The notes below the pieces were generated by a model that was not told the DNA's origin, made no database searches, and saw nothing but the letters and a program-made list of their open reading frames with translations. From positions 10,168,001-10,232,000 of the forward strand of contig NC_135262.1 of NCBI RefSeq assembly GCF_964204865.1: a stretch of DNA of 64,000 bases, given 5' to 3'. The stretch is from Styela clava. Its lineage: Eukaryota. The first letter of the stretch is position 1, and each line of letters starts with the position of its first letter. Below, one piece after another: positions 54,011-64,000 of this stretch. Both the position numbers and the translations under genes were made by a program.

Positions 54011-54371
54011 TTACTACGCCAATTGATATAAAATGCGTGGCCCAAACTTGTTTCGATTCCGTAAGTGTAAATAATGCACGAACAAGCTTCATCGATTGAG
54101 ATACATCGTAGAATATTTATTGTTTAGGCGAGTCGTTCCGCCCGAGGGTATATATTGGACTGCGTGCGAGAAATGTCGTAGTATTTTGCTGTTTTGACTG
54201 GCGTTCGTTTATTTACTCGTCGTAACGAGGAAGTTCTCGATTCACGTAATAAAGCAAGTCTATTACAGTGGCAAGAATTTCGATTCATTTTTGTTTCCAT
54301 GCGCTAGGCTAGTTTATCTACTAATTTGAGTGAAACCTAAATACTCAACTATCCCATAAAGAACAAGTGTA

Positions 54372-57300
54372 ATGGCGGCACTGAACGATACAAATGCATC
54401 TGGAGACAACTTATTGAAAAATGAAGACAGTCTTCCAGCTGTTGAATTGAAAACAAAGGATAAAAATCATGACCAACATCAGGATAATCAAGACGTGGAT
54501 GTTCTTGATCAGGTTGGGAACATTCAAATACATCACTGCATTGTTCTTTTTAGTTTCGTAGTTAGAGATTGTATTTTTTACTTTGTTGGACTTCATCTAT
54601 TCCCTGCTTGGTGTTGTGCTATGTGCAAAGTTATCATTCCATATGCATAGATATCTGATAGCATTTCAGTATATCATTTAAAAATTTAGGTAATAGGTAA
54701 TATCTGAATATGGTCTGTGCAGACTACTGACTTTAACACAGTAATATATCATTATTCACAGGATGAAGTGAGATTGAAGCGCACTATCACAGTTATGAAT
54801 GGCGTTGGAATAATCGTAGGTAAGAAAGCTCACACAATATCCATTTATAACTTTATATATTATTATATGGACATAAGAATATACATTTGTCATTCATTTA
54901 AAGTTTATATATATTACGGCTCAAATAAAAATGAAATATGAAAGTAATATTTTGGGAGCAATATTTGAAAACTCAGTTACTAATAAAAAAATCTTTATAA
55001 TATAAACACAATTTATTAGTTCGGTGTTATATATCGGGACTAACCCTGAAACTTCTATTGTCTGTTTGTCATGGTGGATGCTTATGCGTGTAATGAAAGG
55101 GTGCTGTAGGAAGAATATAAATGACTATTCTACAATTCTATGTGAATCAAAAGCAACTTTGCTACACTTATTTTTGCGAGTTTCATTTAGCATGTGTATT
55201 GATTTTAAAGTGGAATTGATATTTTTATGTATTGTGAAATAAAAACAATATTTCTAAATGAAGCTCAGTTTACTTCATCATCATTTTTAAATGCATTCTT
55301 ATCAAAAGCTTACATTTTCAGGTAATATCATTGGATCTGGTATATTTGTGTCACCAAAAGGTGTTTTGGAGAACACTGGTTCTGTTGGGTTATCACTTAT
55401 TGTATGGACAATGTGTGGTATATTATCTACAATTGGGGCACTTTGTTATGCTGAACTCGGAACAACTATTCTAGAATCTGGTGGAGACTACGCATATATA
55501 TTAAAAATTTTTGGATCACTTCTAGCATTTCTAAGGTAGGTTTAATTTAATAGACTTTAAGATTCAGGTTCTTCCAGAATACTTTAAACTTCTTACGTAA
55601 CAGTGGCTGCTTATACAGTACCTTTTTCAGAGCAAAAGTGTATAAACATCTTTATTATACTATTTTTAGATTATGGATTGCAGTGTTGATTATCTATCCA
55701 ACTAATCAAGCAATCATTGCGTTGACCTTTGCAAAATACGCGGTTTTTCCATTTTTTGAAACATGTGCAGCTCCAGAGTCAGCTGTCAGATTATTAGCGG
55801 CAATATGCATTTGTAAGTATTATTTTGTGTGAAAGTATGCAAATCTTTATTTTGGAGTTTTCCCAATTTTTTTTAACAAATTCCCTCTTTTGCTTATTTT
55901 GAAATTTTTCATTCCCCCCCAACCTATTTTGAAATTTTTCATTCCCCCCCACAAGTGACGAGGTGAGCTCGGGTTGAACTAATCAAGACTTCAACTCAAT
56001 GTATCTAACCTTATATTAATAACCATATGTATATTTTTCAGGTATTTTAACATGGGTAAACTGTAAAAGTGTGAAGTGGGCAACACGTGTTCAAGATATT
56101 TTTACTTTTGCTAAACTCGGTGCTCTGATTCTTATTATAATTTGTGGATTTGTACAGATATTTAGAGGTAAGATGGTTTGCTTGCTGCTTTTTTTCTTAA
56201 CTTATAGACTTCTATGACAGATATAGGCATTGAAATCATCGCTGATATTACGATTCCCAAGTCAAGTTGAATAAAGTTTGGAAAGGGGTATTTCAAGAAT
56301 ACGGATAATCGTAAATCATTTTTATATCAAATTTTTCCATTTGCAAATAATTATGACATTTATAGGATAAGATTTTCATATTTATCCTGAGGACCTACCC
56401 CTGTCTCTTGTCTGGTGTGATAATAGTTGACTAGAAGCTGTCGGCCAGCAGTTACGTGACCCACCACATGACATTGAGGAGTACAACATTCCTCTTGCAC
56501 ATAATCATTCCCCACATGATTCTATCCTGCTGATTTGTAAGTTGTAACCATTCAATGGTTTGCTGATTTTAATTCGCTGATTTGTTATTTCTATACTAGG
56601 TAAGGCTAAATACCTTGATCCATCTGTGTCAATGTTGCCGGTAAAAGAGGATGTCAGTGCTGATAAAATTGCAATTGCGGCATATCAAGGATTCTTTGCA
56701 TATGCAGGATGGTTCGTTTATTTTTTATTAAAAAGAAATAATGTGTAAACATTTTTTTTTTAATTTTGCTTGAAATTTTTCGTTTCAGGAATTATCTCAA
56801 CTTTATTACGGAAGAGATGATCAATCCTTACAGGTATAAGTCATTTATAAAATATTGATAGTTTTCCTCAGAATTGAAGTTTAAAATGTTATCGGTTTAT
56901 TTTTTATTGAAAACACAGATTAGAGAGGCTTTTTAAGAACAAATTCATTTCCGTTTGCCTATTCGCCTGGTAGTATATCAGTAGTTGGCACGTTGTGCTA
57001 AGCATCTTGGCACCCACTGTTTACACTTTATAGGTTTGAATCATGTGGGAGATAATTATATGCGAGATATTGCTGGAATTCCTGCTATGGTGGTTGAGAA
57101 ACCGCTGGTCAGTTACACCTTCTTCCATTCATAAAATGGTATAAAATTAACTGACCAACTATTTATGCATAGACAGACTCGTTAAGCGGACAAAAGTCTG
57201 TCATCCGCCATTTATATTAAATTTTCCCTTTCCCTTGGTATATATCATAGCCCCCAATTCATAGGGCGGTAACGAAGACAAATTTTAATGTTTAATGTGC

Positions 57301-60300
57301 TAAAGCAATATGACTCATGAATTACGGCTTGGGAAATATTCTATTTTTGTCAAAATTTAAATTTTCTGTTTTACTTTCTTCAGAAATCTTCCTCGTGCTA
57401 TCCTCATATCAATGCCGCTTGTAACTATTGTTTACATTTTGGCAAATGTTGCGTATTTTTCTGCAATGTCACCAAACGATTTATTAGCATCTGATGCTGT
57501 AGCAGTGGTAAGTTTAGTATGCTGAAATTAATAAATTTGTAATGATGGACATTCCTAATAATTGAGCTCAATTCAAACTCTGTAATATCAAAATAAAACT
57601 TGCAATTTAGACACTTGGAAACAATTTACTAGGAGTGATGGCATGGATTATTCCTATCTCTGTAGCGATGTCAACATTTGGAGGTGTCAACGGATCATTG
57701 CTAGTATCATCCAGGTACTGTAACTATTTTTCATTTTCAATCTAATTTAAATAATTTTTACTTACATTTTCAAACATGTTGCTACTGTGTCTTAATAAAT
57801 CTGAATAAAAAGAAAAGGTCCTTTGTTACTAAAAGCAGAGCAGACTGTCCAAGTACATTTTTTCATACAAACTGTGATAAATTGGGTACGCTTACAACTT
57901 TCAAAACAAATGTATTGTTGTTGTAAAACTAGTAGTTCAATGCTTCTCTATATCCTTGTTCAGAAGTTCAGAACAACAGTGAAATACTTGAATTTAATAA
58001 TTTGTATATATGAAATTGCTTCTGAAATATTTACTATGATATATAGGCCTAGCGTCTATAAGAACCCAAGAAACCATTGCTGACACACCCTCCTCACATG
58101 TCAAATCAGTTTGTTGCAAAACTCTTTTGTCAATTGTCACTATGGTGATACATGTCTCATCATTTGCTTATTTGTCAATTTCTTAGAATTGTGAGATTAT
58201 AGTTACCTTTGTTTTGTTATTTGAAGGTGTCAAATTCAATTTAACATAGTCTTTCTTCGAAATCAGTACAGGCCTGGTTAAATGGTCGACTTGCAAAAAT
58301 TATGCAAACCCATGTTTTTTACAGTGATGCATTTGTTTGTCAAAATAATGCAGTTCGGCTGTTTTTTGTGGTGATCAATTTTCAGTGACAATCAAATCTG
58401 AGTTGTGTTTTTTAAATTGTTTGTCAGCATTACAATTATTCCTATGCGATCGTATTGCTAAAATACAGTAAAAATAGTCTGTCGTCTTAAAAGTACAAAA
58501 TTTCATATCGCCAACCATAGACTAGACATTATAGACATTATTTTTTAATCTAAGACACATTTTGGATTTTTTTTTATCATTAACAACACTCTAGAAGTAA
58601 CTAATCCATGATTAAAGTTTTAAACTTTAAAACTAAAAACTAATAAATCCTGACCTATTTAACTATTTACACTTGACTAAATAACTCCTGTGAAAAGAGA
58701 TTATCAAGGCAATCATTGTATTTTATTGCCAGACAACTAAGTGTTTGTGTCTGCTATTAAATGATGGATTGGGTTGTAAATTAAGTGCTCAAGTCTAATT
58801 AAGTCGGATTAAGAAGTTTTTATATTGATGGCCATTATTATACAAGGACCATGCTTAGGACCTATGATCTTTATTTTCAAGAAGTTTTTATATTGATTGC
58901 TAACGAGCGTTAGACAAAGACCCTGCTTAGGACCTATGATCTTCATTTCTTACAATTCAGGTCTGTTGGAGATTTGGGTTAGGTATTTATATATCTGTGA
59001 TATATACACTCGAGAAAAGATAGAAAGTTAATTGAAGAATTCAGATATCACTTTGAAAAATATTCAAAATCCATTTTAAAATAAAGAAAATACCATATTA
59101 TATGATGTGAATTGAAATGTTTGATCCATTTTTGACATCCCTGCTACCCAACTTTACTGAAGTGCTGCACTTAACACGTTTTATGTCTATTTAAGTTTGA
59201 ATATTTCTATTCGTGATTGCTTCTCTACGCACCACAATCCGATACTTGTAGCGAGTAGTTCATATGTATGCTTCCCGTTCTCTATATTTTTCAAATATTT
59301 AAAAGGTGCGTTTTAAATTTAATATAGGGTACATATTTGATCACGTATGATTTCATTATTATTTGAAATTCCCATAATCTTTAATCTGTAAATGCAACAA
59401 ACTGAGTTGTGTTTTTGTTTGGTATTATCAAGTGGGCGCAAAGTTCATTTTACTAGGGACTACTAAATCCATCTTAAACCAATAAAACACCATAAAATGA
59501 ATGGTTAAACTGGCAGAACTAGTGTAAGAAATAAATTTGGGTTGTCCATATACTTCGAATTTCTTATATAAACAGTTCTCAAAACGTACCATAAAATTTT
59601 TTTAATTGGTCATAATGGAAATGCATTTTATCTAGTATATTTTATAAGTTTTTATTTAAATTTTTAATTTATGTCAATTTTAAAATTAGTTGGTAGGTAT
59701 CTGGTACTTGAAAATAAAGTATTAAAATGATTGTGGAGTTAGTATTATGTGTACTTTTTTAAACAATGGTAGAAACGGATAATATAATAAGCAAAACGCT
59801 ATTGAAAAATTTCAGAACACAATAACTTCAATTACATATTGTTTAAACGGAATAATTTTTTCTGGAAAAATGTCAGCATTTGTCAATATACCGTAATATT
59901 CTACTGGTTTTGCATTCCCAGATTATAATATTTCTTTGATCTTCTCCAAGGCATGTCATATCAATTTGAAATCCCTCGAGGATAAATGATAATGGTATGC
60001 TTAATGTTACAACACAATTGCAGGCTATGACCTTTTGCAAAATATGAATTGCGAAATCACTGCCATTCAATGTATATTATTATTACTGAAAGAAACATCT
60101 TATCAAAAAGTTCTAACACGTTTTTATTTACTGGAAAATTCTTAGTAAATACTACAAACATTTTTATTTACTAAAAATCTCTATGTGAATGCTCTAGGCA
60201 TGATTAAAACGATTATTTCTTCCAATTTTTCATGTGTGTATTCTACTCATTCGATACAATAAATATGGAATGGAATATTTAAATATGTTATATATAACAC

Positions 60301-63300
60301 CAGTTTTATTGTTGTTACATACTAGACACACCTCACTGTTTGAACCACGCCTACTTGCTGGTGTTCTAATATTTCATTATTTGATACTGAAACGTTTGAT
60401 ACTATATTGCATCATTTCTTCAATACCTTTCGAACTATCTATTCAAATATTGGTATTTCACTTCTTATTGATTGTGGTTTACTTTATCTAAATGTGAAAC
60501 TTGCCTACTTTTGAATGATTTAAATCATATAAGATATAGCCTACTGTGTTGATATTAAAAACTTTTTGTTTGTCAAATGTAATCCAACGAATGCAAACCA
60601 CGAACCATTTAACCTATTTTCAATAACAACATTAATTTAGCTGTAGGCAATAGGCATTATTTATTGGATGCAAAGTTGAACTATGTGCCAAGTTCTTGTT
60701 GGGAACAAAAATTGTTTTTCTTCCCGACTAATTCACCAATCAAATACAAGTTCTCAGTTCTTAAAGTTGGATGGAGTTGCTAGGAGGCCATCACTAGTTT
60801 TTTTCACTATTCCCCTGGAGTCCTATTTGACGATATTTTGCAAAACAAGCGAAATACAGTGATCTGTGTATATCCCATGCAAGGCAAAGGCTAATCAATG
60901 TGTAATAATTAAGATTACAAAATTTATTTTTAGATGTTTTTTCGTTGGAGCAAGACAGTCACATATGCCCGAATGCTTAGCTCTTATCAACATTAAAAAT
61001 TACACTCCGGTGCCAGCTCTACTATGCACAGTAAGAATGCTGATTATTTTCACTACTTTCATGCACTACTGATTGAAAACTATTATTAAAAAACTATATT
61101 AAGTGACTTAAATGTCTTGCATCCAGAAATGTTGAGTTGAAAGAAATTGAAGCCTGATTCCAAATTACAGGTCGTTACAAAAAAAAAACTCCAAAAATAG
61201 GGTCTTTCATTTCCGAGTAAACTAAATTTTGATGATAAGAACTTTTAAGTATGCCAACTTAATGTGCTTCGAGCTTTGTCAGAAATTTTGACTCATAATT
61301 ATCACCATTGAAAGACTTGAGTTCCAGCTTCGAAAATTTCACTCAGACTTCCCAGAAATCAGAATTCTGGAGAGTTGGCTCCATTATCAATATAAACACT
61401 CTGAACCGACCGCATACAGACCTTCTCATCTTCAGTTAATTATTGACTTGCTTGTTACTATTATAAGTTCTGGTATTAATTTTTTCACAGGCTGGTTTAT
61501 CCCTCCTGATGTTGGTTACAAGTGATATCGAATCTTTGATCAACTACGTTGGATTTGCTAACTGGGTTTGGTATGGAGTTGCTATCGCTGGTCAAGTATA
61601 TTGGAGATTTAAATTTCCTGACTTGGACAGGCCTATCAAGGTGAGTTTTTGTTATTCTTGTGTAATCATCCTTCCAAACTCATTTTTATTCTGTTATTTG
61701 TGCCTCAGCTTTAACTAAGACTCTGAACAAGAAATCGTTCAGGAAATCGTTTAATTGCGTATACTACTGTAAAGAATGCTCCAGAAGTATCTGTACCAAA
61801 CTACCAATATGGAGGTAACTAATTTTGTTCGCCTGAAGGGAATGAAGTCTACGGACAAGGGCTATTCACGGGCTAACACAGACCGTGTCGAACTAGTAAT
61901 AGAACTAAAATAAGGAAAATCTGAATAAAATTATGGACTAACCTGGTACATATACTACGGTTGTGTAAAGATCAACACAATATATATTATGGAATCAGTG
62001 AATGGTGGTTACTTAAACCATTGGTTCCCAACCGCCGGTCCGCGGACCGGTGCCGGTACGCGAAGCTTTTTTGCCCGTCCGTGAGAAAATTTTCGTATTT
62101 TGTTGTTTTATGCCGTCTAAATCGCTTTACCGAGGACGAGGTCGCGTTGGTTTATTACGCAATTTCTCTTCCGCCGTCATATTGCGACATCTTGGCGCCG
62201 AGTAATCATACTTTTCGCTTTTTAAACTGGCACGCGTGCTTTTTCTGTTCTGCGTGCTTTTCCTGATTAATATGACCATCCAAATAAAACGTTATGAATA
62301 TTTCTTTGTTCAAACCAAAAAACAGTCAAGAAAAGTATAATACTTCAGTAAAATAATATGGCAGGTGGTCACGAAGAGCGCAAAAAAGCATGGGCCGCTG
62401 AGATCTTTTCCAGTAACTTGAGCAGACAAAGTAGGATTGTGAGCCTGGTGCCAAATTACCGACGACTTTGTCATTGTAATGTAAATTCATTCGAAGCATC
62501 GATCAACTGCAGAGGGATTAATATGATAAACCCAATGAAAAAGCTTGATTTAAATTGCGATTCTACTTTACAGTCCAGATTTAAAATAGAATCACTATCA
62601 CAATTTTGGATATCTCTTGATAACGAATACCGATCGCTAAGTAATCGAGCAATCAAACTGTTGTCCGTATTTTCAACGAGTTACTTATATTTTTATTACT
62701 TATATATAAAAATATTTATTTTCATCACTAGCTTTAATTAAAGCGAAGCAAGGAAATTGGCTGCACGCCGCTGCAGGGCTACGTGTGGCAGAAACTTCCT
62801 TGGGGCATCGTTTGCAATCTTATATTGGAAACTAAACAGCAGCAAAATTTTCATTAGAGTTAATTGCGTTTGTACATGATTTGACATGTACATGCTTTTT
62901 ATGTGAGATGTTTCATGTGTGCCTTTCTTACGCATAATGGGTGCCCAGCACTGCATTTCATTACGCAAATATTTTTGGCCGGCACATTATTTGATAGTTT
63001 TTCTTCGTGTAAGCTGTTTTCAAGTGTGCCTTTTTTGTCTAGACTCTAGAATCTAGATGCATATTGAGTGCCCGACATTGCATTGTATTACGCAAATATA
63101 TATATGTTATTCTTTTATGTTCCGGTCATTTCAATTTTTGCCGGTCCGCGAGTACATTTAATTTAATTTTACCGGTCCGCCAGGGTAGAAAGGTTGGGAA
63201 CCACTGACTTAAACCACCCTACAACGGTGAGAAGTTCAACAATCCTCTCTCATCGAACCTGAGTACACTTGTAACTGTGATGACAAGAGTGTCTAACGAA

Positions 63301-63847
63301 TAATTTGCCAACCGCCAAGATTTTTTAAGCTTTAATGCCTTCATATTATTTACCTCACATAATTTATATTTTCTTTATTCCAGCTGAACATTGCGCTACC
63401 AATTTTATTCTGCATTATTTGCGCTTTTATTCTCATTTTATCCTTCGTGAGTGCATTCTGGGAATGCGTTATTGGTACTGCTATCACACTGACGGGTATT
63501 CCAGTATACCTCATTTTTGTAACATTCGAAAACAGGCATCCGGCGTGGTTTGTTAACCTAAAACGTGAGTTATTTTTATGTTTTTATTTTTTTTTTTTTA
63601 AAAACATAGTGAAAACCTCAAGTATTTTGGAGCCAAATACAAGAAAACCAAAATATAGACTGATTTTATCAAAATATTCTGCTTTCAACTTTCATAACTC
63701 TAATTAAAAATCAATTTTTCATCTTGTACAGATTTCACAAAATACTAATTAATATTTTACCTCTATTTTTCAGAAAACCTTACGAAGTTTGTGCAAAAAG
63801 CATGCATAGCTCTTCCACAAAGCGTACAACCCACCAAAGCTGACTAG
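54372..63847 (+). CDS. L-type amino acid transporter light chain (SLC7, LAT1/LAT2-like), 13 exons
   Basis: Exons 54372-54512, 54762-54819, 55322-55535, 55670-55812, 56042-56167, 56600-56711, 56789-56833, 57384-57507, 57611-57714, 60934-61030, 61491-61640, 63384-63564, 63774-63847. Motifs: [22 protein letters not shown], the heavy-chain-linking Cys (FFETCAAPE), [19 protein letters not shown]. Confidence 0.95.
55895..55951. repeat. Tandem duplication, 30-bp period
   Basis: TATTTTGAAATTTTTCATTCCCCCCCA occurs twice. Confidence 0.85.
56980..57250 (+). repeat. SINE-like family B copy (intronic)
   Basis: GTTGGCACGTTGTGCTAAGC head and ATAATTATATGCG..ATTGCTGGAAT body match ~40305-40340 and 47414-47640. 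Confidence 0.55.
58811..58948. repeat. Imperfect tandem duplication, ~68-bp period
   Basis: AAGAAGTTTTTATATTGAT...TGCTTAGGACCTATGATCTT occurs twice. Confidence 0.8.
61778..61960. mobile_element. Short MITE family C copy
   Basis: Shares TACCAATATGGAGGTAACTAATTTTG...TAATAGAACTAAAATAAGGAAAATC with 49897-50045. Confidence 0.7.
62019..63206 (+). mobile_element. Internally deleted hAT (Buster/Charlie-type) element, 1188 bp, in an SLC7 intron
   Basis: TIR CA(T/G)TGGTTCCCAACC. Perfect TSD ACTTAAAC (62011-62018 and 63207-63214). Retains the transposase C-terminal fragment [28 protein letters not shown]. Confidence 0.92.
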
Positions 63848-64000
63848 AAAAAATGTGATAATCAAAAATATCAAGCAGAACTTTTCATAAATTCTCCGTA
63901 ATTTGTACTTTTCATTTTACGAGCATAGAAGAAGTTGTATACCATTTTAGAGAAATACTTGAACATGCTAAACAGGGTATAAGGTGCTTTCAATTCAATT

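Noticed and set aside
57715-60933. Nested gene in the 3.2-kb SLC7 intron (ORFs 57823, 59873, 60234)
   Set aside because: The ORFs are short and AT-rich with no recognisable motifs or consistent exon chain.

Overview
AT-rich eukaryotic genomic DNA with short GT-AG introns. The gene content and compactness suggest an invertebrate chordate, probably an ascidian (inference only). I reconstructed eight intact multi-exon genes by hand from splice sites and reading frames: (1) an EF-hand rhomboid protease (+); (2) a 37-exon, ~2100-aa type I receptor with an unusual mosaic architecture, signal peptide - fibronectin type I (FN1) - 3x(YWTD propeller+EGF) - Thr-rich stalk - HYR-HYR-Sushi-linker-GCC2/GCC3 - TM - ~500-aa disordered tail with two PPxY motifs (+); (3) an LRR-Ig-TM protein (+); (4) NDUFB9 (+); (5) COA7 (-); (6,7) two tail-anchored Sulfotransfer_4-type P-loop sulfotransferases (-); (8) a LAT-type SLC7 transporter (+). 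Mobile DNA includes a 3-kb hAT transposon with TIRs, an 8-bp TSD and a disabled transposase, five non-autonomous elements with perfect 8-bp TSDs, and several dispersed repeat families. There are also likely decayed remnants of a Penelope GIY-YIG domain, a RIPK-like kinase and a Ly6-like gene. The most notable candidate for something undescribed is the FN1-YWTD-HYR mosaic receptor. No database searches were run; exon coordinates may be off by a few bases.
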